Source: Chloroflexota bacterium | Lineage (GTDB): Bacteria > Chloroflexota > Dehalococcoidia > UBA2979 | DNA: 64,000 nt | Direction: 5' to 3' | Assembly: GCA_003228125.1 (NCBI GenBank) | Contig: QGNP01000001.1 | Span: 1,261 to 65,260 of the forward strand | Notes under the pieces: generated by a model | Told to the model about the DNA's origin: nothing | Database searches by the model: none | The model's input: the letters and a program-made list of their open reading frames with translations, nothing else | Part shown: piece after piece, positions 1 through 9,552 of the stretch | Layout: each line of letters begins with the position of its first letter | How positions within the stretch are numbered: the first letter of the stretch is position 1 | Position numbers and translations under genes: made by a program

Positions 1-820
1 CATTGTCAAATAATTGTTCAGCAAATATTCTATCTTTTTCATCGGAATTCACTGCCCTCACTCTTGGCCCAGCAAAACCAATCAATGCTTTTTCTTCAGC
101 AATTAATATATCAGCTTGATTTGCAAAAGAAGCATATACCCCACCTGTTGTAGGATTCGCTAGTATTACTATTAAAGGCAATCCAGCTTTATGTAATTTA
201 TTTATTGCATTTGTAGTTTTTATCATTTGAGTTAAAGCTAATGTTCCTTCTTGCATTCTTGCGCCACCTGAGCAAGTTACTATGACAAGCGGTATTTTAT
301 TTCTGATTGCATTTTCTACTGTAGAATTAATTCTTTCACCAACAACATAACCCATGGATCCTCCCATGAATTTAAAATTAAAAATTACAGCTATAACTTT
401 TTTCCCTCTAACGCTAGTAATTCCTGTTGTAACAGCTGATTGTTCGCCAGTGTTCTGTTTGGCAGACTTGATTCTTTCTTTGTATGGTTTCGAGTCATTA
501 AAATGTAGTGGATCTGGTGATTCAAAATTGATAAATTTTTCATTAAAAGAATTTGGATCAAAAAGAATCTGTATCCACTGTTTTGCAGTTAGTACATCGT
601 GATGACCGCAGTTACTACAAATACCTAATGATAAATATCCACTATCTTCAATAAGTTCTAACTTGCAATCTGAACATTTTAACGAAAAATCTGCAGGTTT
701 TTTAATTTTAACAGTTTTAAATGAGTCAATAATTTTAACTGTTTTATTTTTAACAGTTTTAATTTTAACAGTTTTAAATGAGTCAATAATTTTTTTAATT
801 TTTTGTATATTTGAAACCAT
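1..820 (-). CDS. accD: Acetyl-CoA carboxylase carboxyltransferase beta subunit (partial, runs off the left window edge)
   Basis: Not in the ORF track. Hand translation from ATG at 820: MVSNIQK...LKCSDC...ICSNCGHH (C4 zinc finger)...DPLHF.D.KPYKERI...FKFMGGSMGYVVGERI...SGGARMQEG...NPTTGGVYASFA...IGFAGPRV. Confidence 0.95.
   Translation of the reverse strand, partial: MVSNIQKIKKIIDSFKTVKIKTVKNKTVKIIDSFKTVKIKKPADFSLKCSDCKLELIEDSGYLSLGICSNCGHHDVLTAKQWIQILFDPNSFNEKFINFESPDPLHFNDSKPYKERIKSAKQNTGEQSAVTTGITSVRGKKVIAVIFNFKFMGGSMGYVVGERINSTVENAIRNKIPLVIVTCSGGARMQEGTLALTQMIKTTNAINKLHKAGLPLIVILANPTTGGVYASFANQADILIAEEKALIGFAGPRVRAVNSDEKDRIFAEQLFDN
700..793. repeat. 37-bp direct repeat (700-736 and 757-793, 57-bp period) with 15-bp KTVK-coding subunits in the accD 5' end
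   Basis: ttttaattttaacagttttaaatgagtcaataatttt occurs twice; encodes KIIDSFKTVKIK twice, in frame. Confidence 0.9.
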
Positions 821-879
821 AACAAGTTTAGTCTATCATTAAATAATCGTTGATAAATCATCTTTAAGAAATTATTTAT

Positions 880-2508
880 ATGTATCCAGATTATGTCCAT
901 GCTCTGTTATCAAAAGATATTTACATAGAGAATGTTGACGATATTTTATTAGAACAAACTCATCTATCATATGTTTTTATTAATGATATTTATGTTTATA
1001 AAATTAAAAAAAGTGTAGATTTTGATTTTGTTAAACAATCTAAGCTTTCGCAGAGAAAAAAATTTTGTTTGCAAGAAATAGAGCAAAATAAGAGATTAGC
1101 ACCGAAAGTATACATTAAAGTTGTTAAAATTGTTCTCAACATAAAATCTCAGTATGCTATTCGTGAGGGAAAAATTTTTAAGGGAGATAAGATTGTTGAA
1201 TATGCTGTTAAAATGCATCGTTTAGATTTAAATAATAACTTAGAGACAATATTAAAGAATAACAACTTACCAGAAAATTTTTCCAAGATTTTTGTTGATA
1301 AAATCTTTTCATTTCATCAAAAGGCAGTAAAATTTTCTGGTTCTAAAAAAACAGGAGGGTATTTAGCAGAAAAAAATTGGTGCATTGATGAAATGAAACA
1401 ACAAAAAAACCACATTAATTTTACAATAAGTGAAAGTTTATTGAAAAAAATTACAGCATATTTAAATAATTTTTTATTAAAGAATCAGGCAGTATTTGAT
1501 TTGAGATTAAAAGAAAAAAATATTATTTTTGGCCATGGAGATCTACAGATTAAACATGTTTATTTGGAAAATTTTTTTAAGTCAAGTAAAATTACAGTCG
1601 ATGACTTATTGGTTATAGATTGTATTGAATTTTCAAACCTTTTTCATTTTAAATTCATAGATAAAGGTTACGATATAGCTTTTTTAACTATGGGAATGGA
1701 CTATTCTCACAATCCACAAATAGCTGATGAAATATGCGGGCATTATGTTGCTTTAACCGGAGATAAATATTTCGGTATACTTCATAATTATCACAAAATA
1801 TTGAGAGCTTTAATAAGAGCGAAAGTCGAAGGAATAGCCGCTAAATCTGATATTATAGATAAGTTAGCAAGAAAAAAATACAAACAACAATCTAAAATAT
1901 TTTTTCAACTTGTGAAAAAGTATATTGAAATTCCCAGCGATCCTTTAGTCATAGTCGTTGGTGGATTTTCAGCATCCGGTAAATCAACATTTGCAGGTGC
2001 TTTGGCTAGTCGACTTGGAGCAGCTTATGTTTCCTCTGATGTAATACGGAAAAAAATGTTTAATGTTGATATTCATCATAGGCCATCAAAGTCAATAACT
2101 CAAAAAATGTATAATTCAAATGTAACAGTGCAGGTATATTCTAAATTATTAAAAGAAGCCAGCATGCTTATGAAGCAAAATTTTTCAGTTGTTATTGATG
2201 CTGCTTATTTATTAAAATCAGAGAGAGATATTACTAATCAATTTATACAAGAGTCGTCTTTACCATCTTTTTTTCTTTGGCTTGATGCATCAGAAAATGT
2301 TATTAATAGTAGAGTTAAAGCAAGAACAAGTACCCAATTAAAAATTTCTGATGCAAATATCGGTATTATTAATAAACAATTTAAAAGTTTTGAAAAAATT
2401 AATGAGAATGAAAAAATCTATATTATTAATAATAACAAAACTATGCGTAACTCATTTTTACAAGTATCTAAAATTTCTAAACTACTGAGAGACAAAATTA
2501 TTTTTTAA
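880..2508 (+). CDS. Bifunctional aminoglycoside-phosphotransferase-like / P-loop kinase (AAA_33) protein, Rv2004c-like
   Basis: QTHLSYVF..VYKIKK N-terminus, HGDL and IDCIEF kinase-fold motifs, C-terminal Walker A GFSASGKST, SSDVIRK, SDA. Confidence 0.85.
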   Translation: MYPDYVHALLSKDIYIENVDDILLEQTHLSYVFINDIYVYKIKKSVDFDFVKQSKLSQRKKFCLQEIEQNKRLAPKVYIKVVKIVLNIKSQYAIREGKIFKGDKIVEYAVKMHRLDLNNNLETILKNNNLPENFSKIFVDKIFSFHQKAVKFSGSKKTGGYLAEKNWCIDEMKQQKNHINFTISESLLKKITAYLNNFLLKNQAVFDLRLKEKNIIFGHGDLQIKHVYLENFFKSSKITVDDLLVIDCIEFSNLFHFKFIDKGYDIAFLTMGMDYSHNPQIADEICGHYVALTGDKYFGILHNYHKILRALIRAKVEGIAAKSDIIDKLARKKYKQQSKIFFQLVKKYIEIPSDPLVIVVGGFSASGKSTFAGALASRLGAAYVSSDVIRKKMFNVDIHHRPSKSITQKMYNSNVTVQVYSKLLKEASMLMKQNFSVVIDAAYLLKSERDITNQFIQESSLPSFFLWLDASENVINSRVKARTSTQLKISDANIGIINKQFKSFEKINENEKIYIINNNKTMRNSFLQVSKISKLLRDKIIF

Positions 2509-2517
2509 TGGTATAAT
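2509..2517 (+). promoter_or_regulatory. Extended -10 promoter (TGgTATAAT) for the TPP riboswitch/thiBPQ transcript
   Basis: Perfect TGnTATAAT 10 bp upstream of the aptamer. Confidence 0.7.
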
Positions 2518-2527
2518 TTTTTTTGTT

Positions 2528-2609
2528 CCGCAAGGGGAGCATTATGCTGAGAGGTTTTTGTAACCAACCCTTCGAACCTGAACATGATAAATCATGCGTA
2601 GGAATGCGG
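2528..2609 (+). promoter_or_regulatory. TPP (thi-box) riboswitch
   Basis: P1 CCGCA/TGCGG; GGGG...GCTGAGA...ACCCTT-CGAACCTGA-CATGA TAAA TCATG-CGTAGGAA consensus; lies upstream of a thiamine ABC transporter. Confidence 0.95.
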
Positions 2610-2680
2610 TTTTTTTTATATAAGAATCACCCTTTTCGTTATTATGTTTAGAAAATATAAAATATAACATTTGTGTATAT

Positions 2681-3709
2681 GTGGTACTTTCTATGTGTAA
2701 ATTTATTCTAACTATTTTGTTTTGTTTTTCAGTAACACTAGTTGGGTGTCAAAATAATTCTAAATCTGTTCTTACAATGTTAACTCATGATTCATTTGAC
2801 ATAAAACAAGATATTCTTGATGATTTCAGTAAAAAAAATAATCTCAAGGTAGAAATTATAAAAGCCGGTGATGCTAATCAGGTATTAACAAGAGTACTGC
2901 TAAATGCAGGAAATCCAGAAGCCGATTTAATTTTTGGTATCGATAATATTGCTTACAAACGAATTGAGAAGATAGATGAATTATTTATACCACATGAATT
3001 AGAAATCACAGATATAATTTCAAGAAATATTTTGAATGAATTTAATGATCATTCATATTTAGTCCCAATTGATTATGGCTTTGTGAATATTAATTATGAT
3101 CAAGCACTTTATAATATTAACCCTCCCGCTTCTTATGATGATTTAATTTTAAATAAATGGAATGGTAAATTTATTGTTTTAGATCCAAGCATGTCATCGC
3201 CAGGTTTACAATTTCTTATTTCTACTATTTTACATTTTGGTGAAGATAGGTGGCAAGATTATTGGAAAGCATTAAAGAAAAATGATGTTTTAATAGTTGA
3301 TGGGTGGGAAACAGGTTATTATACTCACTTTTCACATAATGGAGGGAACAGACCATTAGTTGTGTCATATACAACAAGTCCAGCTGCCGAAGCTTTTTTT
3401 GGCAATTTAACAGATCCTCCAACAAAGAATATCATTCCTGGTAAATTATTTAGGCAGGTCGAATCAGTTGGAATTTTAAAAGGTTCTAGGAATATTGTGA
3501 ATGCAAAAAAGTTTATTAAATTTATGTTATCAGATAAATTTCAAAAACAAATTCCGGAAACTATGTTTGTATATCCAGTAAGAGAAAATTTGAAACTCCC
3601 GATTTGGTGGCAACATGCACCTCAAATTACAGATATATCAAAAATTGAATTTAACAATCAGGATTTACAAAGATGGATAGTGGAATGGTCAAAAATAATG
3701 CGCTATTAA
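2681..3709 (+). CDS. thiB: Thiamine ABC transporter substrate-binding lipoprotein (likely start ATG 2693)
   Basis: Lipobox LVGC; LTHDSF, ADLIFGIDN, PIDYG, VVSYTTSPA, FRQVE motifs; TPP riboswitch upstream. Confidence 0.92.
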   Translation: MVLSMCKFILTILFCFSVTLVGCQNNSKSVLTMLTHDSFDIKQDILDDFSKKNNLKVEIIKAGDANQVLTRVLLNAGNPEADLIFGIDNIAYKRIEKIDELFIPHELEITDIISRNILNEFNDHSYLVPIDYGFVNINYDQALYNINPPASYDDLILNKWNGKFIVLDPSMSSPGLQFLISTILHFGEDRWQDYWKALKKNDVLIVDGWETGYYTHFSHNGGNRPLVVSYTTSPAAEAFFGNLTDPPTKNIIPGKLFRQVESVGILKGSRNIVNAKKFIKFMLSDKFQKQIPETMFVYPVRENLKLPIWWQHAPQITDISKIEFNNQDLQRWIVEWSKIMRY

Positions 3710-3714
3710 GAGGA

Positions 3715-5382
3715 ATGCTAAATTTTTTTTTAGATTATCCTATTGATAAACATATTGCTATGTGTGGATCGCTATTACTTATTATATTCATTTTTGTTCC
3801 ATTTATTCAGTTAATTTATTTGGTTTTTTTCTCTTCATCTGCGTTAGAAGGAAATATTTATTTTTCTTCATTAATGAATAATTATTTCCTTTCAAGGCTA
3901 TGGTTTACTACATATCAAGCTATGATTTCAGTAGGTGCTTCATTACTAATCGGACTACCCGCTGCCTATATTTTTTACAGAATAGATTTTCCATTCAAAA
4001 ATATTCTTTTAACATTTGCAACTATCCCCTTTATCTTACCTGTGGTTGTTGTTGGATTAGCATTCAAAGAGCTATTTGGAACCAATGGTTTGATTAACTA
4101 TATTTTAAATTTTTTGCATTTTTCGTCAATTAATTTACAGGGAACTATTTGGCTCATTATATTAGCTCATGTATATTATAATATCCCAATCATTATTCGA
4201 ATTGTCGGTACCCATTTACAAAGAATACATCAGGACTATGATGATGCAAGTTCTCTATTAGGAGCTGGTAATTTTAGAAAATTGATTAGTATATACTTTC
4301 CATTGTTAATTTCTCCAATTCTTTCTAGCGCACTGTTAGTTTTTTTATTTTGCTTTACTTCCTTTGGTATTGTATTAATTTTAGGTAATTATCGATTTGA
4401 TACTATAGAAGTAGTAATATATAGATTTACTACAGGTCTTTTTAATCTTCAAGAAGCAATGTCCATTTCAATATTTCAGATCATTTTTTGTGTTTTAGTT
4501 TTTGCTTTGTATTCAAAAATGAATTCTTTTATAAAATCAAATAGTATTACAACAAAAACACATTTTACTAAAATTAACGAGTTGAAATTTATAAAAAAAA
4601 TGTTCGTAGTCGTATTTATTCTATTTATATGCATATTCACTTTTTTGCCAGTTGGAGTTTTATTTTTTCAAGCATTTACAATAAATAGTAGCAATTTCAT
4701 TACTTTCCAAAATTTTATTACACTATTTACTGACACTGGTAATTTTTCTTATATATCACCAATTAATGCTATTTGCTGGAGCATTGTCCTGGCAATATTT
4801 TCTTCATTATTTGCAGCTATAATAAGTTTTTTTTCTGCATCATATATAGATAGAAAATCACATAAACTTAAAAGTCTTTTTGGTACATTGTATGTCATGC
4901 CTTTAATGATTCCTGCTATAACTTTGTCCATTGGATTAATTATAACTTTCAATAAATCATTTATTGATTTACGTCATTCAGTTGTTCTCTTAATTATTGC
5001 CCATACACTATTAGCGATACCATTTTTGTATTATTTGTCAATACTCGCAATTAACTCCATTCCAAAAGATATTAAGGATGCATGTTTATTGCTAGGTTGT
5101 AATAGAAATAAAGTATCTTATAAAATTTATTTGCCCATAGCTAGAAATTATATTTTAACTGGTATAATTTTTTCATTTGGGATATCTTTAGGAGAGTTTG
5201 GTTCTGCCTCAATGTTGAGAGGTAGTAATTTTTATACAATTCCTTTGGCTATTTATCAATTTTTGAGTCATCCAGGAAGTATTAATTTGGGAAATGCTTT
5301 TGCTTTATCTGTTTTATTAGTTATGATTTCTTTTATAATTTTTTATGTTATAGAAAAATTTAAATTGTCCATTTTTAGTTAG
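3715..5382 (+). CDS. thiP: Thiamine/iron(III)-type ABC transporter permease (two permease repeats)
   Basis: Hydrophobic; FTTYQA, LAHVYYNIP, two EAA-like loops (DDASSLLGA, KDACLLLG), SLGEFG; start chosen at ATG 3715 (ORF open from 3673). Confidence 0.88.
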   Translation: MLNFFLDYPIDKHIAMCGSLLLIIFIFVPFIQLIYLVFFSSSALEGNIYFSSLMNNYFLSRLWFTTYQAMISVGASLLIGLPAAYIFYRIDFPFKNILLTFATIPFILPVVVVGLAFKELFGTNGLINYILNFLHFSSINLQGTIWLIILAHVYYNIPIIIRIVGTHLQRIHQDYDDASSLLGAGNFRKLISIYFPLLISPILSSALLVFLFCFTSFGIVLILGNYRFDTIEVVIYRFTTGLFNLQEAMSISIFQIIFCVLVFALYSKMNSFIKSNSITTKTHFTKINELKFIKKMFVVVFILFICIFTFLPVGVLFFQAFTINSSNFITFQNFITLFTDTGNFSYISPINAICWSIVLAIFSSLFAAIISFFSASYIDRKSHKLKSLFGTLYVMPLMIPAITLSIGLIITFNKSFIDLRHSVVLLIIAHTLLAIPFLYYLSILAINSIPKDIKDACLLLGCNRNKVSYKIYLPIARNYILTGIIFSFGISLGEFGSASMLRGSNFYTIPLAIYQFLSHPGSINLGNAFALSVLLVMISFIIFYVIEKFKLSIFS

Positions 5383-5398
5383 TTAGTTAGTTAGTTAG
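5375..5398. repeat. (TTAG)6 microsatellite spanning the thiP stop codon
   Basis: ttagttagttagttagttagttag read directly. Confidence 0.95.
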
Positions 5399-5412
5399 CT
5401 TTGGTTCATAAT

Positions 5413-6456
5413 ATGAATTTATTAAATTTGCAAAATGTTAATTTTAGTTATGATGATTTTAAATTGTCTAATATTGATTTTTCTTTAGAATCAGGTAATA
5501 CTCTCGGTTTATTTGGTCCTTCAGGTTCAGGTAAATCTACTATTCTGAAGTTGATTGCTGGGCTAGCACAACCTAGTTCTGGCGATATTTTATTAAATAA
5601 TAACTCAATCATTACTGTCTCTCCAGAATTGCGGAAAATTGGAATGATTTTTCAAACTCATGCTTTGTTTCCTCATTTAAATGTTTTTGAAAATATTGCT
5701 TTTGGATTAAAAATGAAAAAAATGGACAAAAATCAGATCTTTGATGAAGTTACTGAACTACTTGATTTATTAAATATAAGTCACTTAAAAAGCAGGCATG
5801 TGTCAGAATTATCTACTGGTGAATCACAGAGAGTGGCAATTGCTCGTTCTTTAGCACCAAGGCCAAAATTATTATTAATGGATGAACCTTTTAGCTCATT
5901 AGATAATTCTTTAAAAATAAGTTTGAGAGCGGAGATCTCAAATATTTTTCACAACCTTGGTATATCTGCAATTATCGTTTCACATGATATTTTAGATATA
6001 GTACCTTTTACTAGTAATATACTTTTTATTGACAATGGTATTATAGTGGACAAAAGAAATTTACAAGATATATATTCCAATCCTATTTCCACAGCATCAG
6101 CAAAAATGCTCGGCTTTATTTCCTTAAATACTATCTTTGCTATGCAGTATACTTTTAATAATTTTAAGGAAGTTTTTTTAAATAATAATCCTAAATTGCA
6201 TGATTTTAGTGAAATTAATATTTGTGCTCATCCAGAAATAATGACCGCTTCTGATGATAAAATAAAAAATTCTATAGCTTTAAAATGCGTAGTTGTTAAA
6301 TCTTTTTACCCAGGGCCTAATTTGTTTGTTACTTTAAAAATAATAGATAGTCAAGAAATTATTGCTACGAATGTTCGTTGGGTTTCTAAAAAAGTTCCTT
6401 ATAATGGGCAGCATGTTTTTTTATGTTTAGTAAAAGAAGATTTAAAAATTATATAA
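5413..6456 (+). CDS. ABC transporter ATP-binding subunit of the thiamine transporter (ThiQ role)
   Basis: Walker A GPSGSGKST, signature LSTGESQR, Walker B LLLMDEP; third gene of the operon. Confidence 0.88.
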   Translation: MNLLNLQNVNFSYDDFKLSNIDFSLESGNTLGLFGPSGSGKSTILKLIAGLAQPSSGDILLNNNSIITVSPELRKIGMIFQTHALFPHLNVFENIAFGLKMKKMDKNQIFDEVTELLDLLNISHLKSRHVSELSTGESQRVAIARSLAPRPKLLLMDEPFSSLDNSLKISLRAEISNIFHNLGISAIIVSHDILDIVPFTSNILFIDNGIIVDKRNLQDIYSNPISTASAKMLGFISLNTIFAMQYTFNNFKEVFLNNNPKLHDFSEINICAHPEIMTASDDKIKNSIALKCVVVKSFYPGPNLFVTLKIIDSQEIIATNVRWVSKKVPYNGQHVFLCLVKEDLKII

Positions 6457-6462
6457 AGTTAT

Positions 6463-6960
6463 TTAAGGTAATATTACTTTGTAGCCAATTTCTATCTTAT
6501 TTTTTGTAAACCAGTGTTTAGGAGCTTCAATCGCATATTTAAATGGCATATTTATTGTGTATATATTTTGATTTAATGCTGTCATCTCTTTTATAGAGAC
6601 GATTTTTTTTTCAGCATTAATGAATGCAATTGATAAATCAATATAAGTATTTTTCATAGAAAAACCTCGATGCTTATTAGAATTTTGGAATGTGAATAAC
6701 ATGCCTCTATTAGATAATTGTTTTCTGTTTGATAATCCAATGCCATAGTCAATTTCTAGAGGAACTTCAACTGGAAGTTTTACTATTCTTTCAGTAATTG
6801 GATTTAAAAATTGAGCTATTGGGAGAGTAGTTGATGGGAAATTGTTATTTAATTCATTTGTTGCATGATTTATTTTGAAGTTATTTTGAAAAATAATATA
6901 CGAAATTACAATGATTAGAATTACACATAAAATAATATTTTTGTTTTTTATTAATTTCAT
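6463..6960 (-). CDS. DUF192 family membrane-anchored protein
   Basis: N-terminal TM; GLSNR...GMLF...FSMKNT.IDLSIAFI...YAIE. Confidence 0.85.
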   Translation of the reverse strand: MKLIKNKNIILCVILIIVISYIIFQNNFKINHATNELNNNFPSTTLPIAQFLNPITERIVKLPVEVPLEIDYGIGLSNRKQLSNRGMLFTFQNSNKHRGFSMKNTYIDLSIAFINAEKKIVSIKEMTALNQNIYTINMPFKYAIEAPKHWFTKNKIEIGYKVILP

Positions 6961-7012
6961 CTCTTTGCCCTATTTCAATTGTATATAATGATACTTATCT
7001 AATAAATAGAAA

Positions 7013-7771
7013 TTGAGCTCAAAACTTGTGAATAATGAATTGCTTGCTAATATTCAAACTAACTGGAATCAACTCCGAGACACTGGTTCTTTAAATGATA
7101 CTTCAATTTTAGATATTTTATTAAGTCGAATTGGCATTGAAGGTGCTCCAGGATATGACTGTGGTATTCGTTCCACCTTTTCTGTATTTCCTCCTAATAT
7201 TAATGCTGAATTAATTCTTCCTACAGGTGAGAAATCGGAATCTGATGAAGACGCTAGATTCATTGCTCATATCTTAGCTCTAAGATTATTTTTGGGAGCA
7301 GGCTTAGGCTTTGAATCAAGGATTGTTGATGCGATTGCTAATACATATGGGTTATCTTGGACAAAAAAAATAGGTGGAAACTATGAATGTTCAACAGTTG
7401 CACTAGCTAATTCAATTTGGCTTATTGCCCTAGATCCAAAACCTGAATCAGATATGCCCTTAGATATTGATTGGTCCTTGCCATGTTTTCAAAATGAACA
7501 TTTGTGGGATAAAAATTATAATTTGTTTTCTAGATACGATATTAAAGAAAGAATGTTAGACTGGCTTATTTATATGAGTATTGATGAAAAGAAGTTAGTT
7601 GAAATTTCTATTTTTACTTTCTTAGAACCAATAATTCGCATGAAAAATGATTCACGAGTAAAAATGATTTTGAGTAAATTTAGTAAATATGAAGATTATC
7701 ATCATAGTGATAGTGCAGTTGTATTGATGGAAAAAAAGAGAATATTAAATTTGTTGATTCAAAAAGAGTAA
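7013..7771 (+). CDS. Hypothetical protein
   Basis: 252-aa ORF with coding-like composition; no family recognised. Confidence 0.7.
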   Translation: MSSKLVNNELLANIQTNWNQLRDTGSLNDTSILDILLSRIGIEGAPGYDCGIRSTFSVFPPNINAELILPTGEKSESDEDARFIAHILALRLFLGAGLGFESRIVDAIANTYGLSWTKKIGGNYECSTVALANSIWLIALDPKPESDMPLDIDWSLPCFQNEHLWDKNYNLFSRYDIKERMLDWLIYMSIDEKKLVEISIFTFLEPIIRMKNDSRVKMILSKFSKYEDYHHSDSAVVLMEKKRILNLLIQKE

Positions 7772-7782
7772 GAAGTCGAATT

Positions 7783-8172
7783 TTATTTTTTATTTTTCTC
7801 TCTAATGTCATTTAAAACTTTTATTAATTCATCATCATCTTCTTTAGCAATATCAGGAATATGATATCCACCAAAAACTTGAACTACTGATTCGTGATCA
7901 TCAATAACGTAGTCAATTTCTATATTAACACCTAATTTAGGAAGTCTAGCCCTATGATCGTACAATGGTTTAATAAAATAATTTGTAACATATTTATCAA
8001 GTTCAACTTTTTCGATTTCTTTTTTTCTTATACCAATTCCTGACCATATATAAATAGTATGACCATCTTCTAATATTTTTTGAAAAACTTCTTCTGAGTG
8101 GTTTCTAAGCTTTCCATCCCACATTATAAGAGTGTTATCAACATCGAAAAAAATATTCATAGGAAATTTCAT
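7783..8172 (-). CDS. Small cap-less HAD-superfamily phosphatase
   Basis: Motif I FFDVDNTL, motif II IWS, Lys (IKP), motif IV VIDD. Confidence 0.8.
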   Translation of the reverse strand: MKFPMNIFFDVDNTLIMWDGKLRNHSEEVFQKILEDGHTIYIWSGIGIRKKEIEKVELDKYVTNYFIKPLYDHRARLPKLGVNIEIDYVIDDHESVVQVFGGYHIPDIAKEDDDELIKVLNDIREKNKK

Positions 8173-8366
8173 TTCTAAATTTTGTATAATTTTAAGGACA
8201 TTATTGATTATAGATGAGAAATTTATATGAACAAACTATTAATTAATGTTTATATGTATATATTCAAAATCATTCAAAGTAAGTTATAAAAAAATATTTT
8301 TTTAATTTTGATTTTCAATAATTGATTTAATGAGATAATAAATTTAATGATTTATAGAAATTAATT

Positions 8367-9533
8367 ATGAATTTAAATAAAATGACTGCATCAATTTTAG
8401 ATGAAATGATTAGTCCATCAAAAATTCCAGGTGTCAAATTTGACCTAAGCGTAGGAGTTCCTGACGAAGAATCTTTGCCAAGTGCAGAATTATTAATTTC
8501 AGTTCAAAATGTTTTAAAAAAAGATTATAGAAGTGCACTTATTTATGCAGGAGTAAATGGCTTTGTTGGATTAAGATTATGGATTGCCAATAAGGCTAAT
8601 CAAATATCTGATAATAAATTTAATGAAGAGAATGTATCTTTAGTATCTGGCAGTGCGCATGGTTTAGATAATATTGCTAGAACATTTTTAGATTTTAACG
8701 ACGTTGTTATTATTAGTTCTCCAACTTATAACGGAGCTATTAGAACTTTTAAAGCTTGTAATGCAGAAATTATTGATATTAATTCCGATGATCAGGGCAT
8801 GGACATTGTTCAATTGCAATTAAAAATTGATCAATGTAAAAAAGAGAAAAAAAACATTAAATTATTATATCTTGTTTCAGATTATAATAATCCAACTGGT
8901 GAAAGTTATAGTTTGGAAAGGAAAAAAGAAATAGTCAAGCTTTGTTATGAAAATAATATTTTAATTATTGATGATAGGGCATATGCAGAGATTTCTTTTG
9001 AAGATCTTGTAAGCTTTCCTCTTATAGCTGATATCAATCACTCTTGCGTTATAGAATTGGGTACTTTTTCGAAAACGATAGCAACTGGATTAAGAGTAGC
9101 ATGGATCCTTGCAGATGAATCAATTATTAAAAAATTAAACATGATGAGGTTTGATAATGGTGGTTCAAATTTGATCCAGAGAACTATACATAATTTTGTA
9201 GATTCTCCAGTATATCCCGATCATCTTCTTAGATTGAAAAGTATATATAAAATTAAAAGAGATATTGTTTCTGATGCTTTGCAGAAATATTGTTTAAATA
9301 ATGTTGAGTTTAATTCTCCTCAGGGTGGGTTTTATCATTGGGTAAAAATTTCTTCTAATATTTCAAATGATGTTATTAAAGACAGAGCATTGAATAAAGG
9401 AGTAGCAATCAATTCAGGAAGTGTATATTATTCTAATAATGATAATAAAGAACATTTAAGAATTGTGTATTCAAAATTAGATCAGCAGCAATTAGAAAAA
9501 GCTATAAAGCTATTATCTGAATGTTTTTATTAG
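8367..9533 (+). CDS. PLP-dependent aminotransferase class I/II (LysN/MocR-domain-like)
   Basis: NNPTG, IIDDRAY, GTFSKTIATGLRVAW (PLP lysine), GGFYHW. Confidence 0.9.
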   Translation: MNLNKMTASILDEMISPSKIPGVKFDLSVGVPDEESLPSAELLISVQNVLKKDYRSALIYAGVNGFVGLRLWIANKANQISDNKFNEENVSLVSGSAHGLDNIARTFLDFNDVVIISSPTYNGAIRTFKACNAEIIDINSDDQGMDIVQLQLKIDQCKKEKKNIKLLYLVSDYNNPTGESYSLERKKEIVKLCYENNILIIDDRAYAEISFEDLVSFPLIADINHSCVIELGTFSKTIATGLRVAWILADESIIKKLNMMRFDNGGSNLIQRTIHNFVDSPVYPDHLLRLKSIYKIKRDIVSDALQKYCLNNVEFNSPQGGFYHWVKISSNISNDVIKDRALNKGVAINSGSVYYSNNDNKEHLRIVYSKLDQQQLEKAIKLLSECFY

Positions 9534-9552
9534 TAGTTGAAGGAAAATAAAA

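Noticed and set aside
354-900. ORF-track entries 354..602(+) and 679..900(-)
   Set aside because: They are the antisense and alternative-frame shadows of accD, which reads openly from 820 to the window edge.
880-2508. Antibiotic-resistance or toxin role for the APH-like kinase
   Set aside because: The two-domain architecture is a widespread conserved family, and nothing in the context supports resistance or toxin-antitoxin function.
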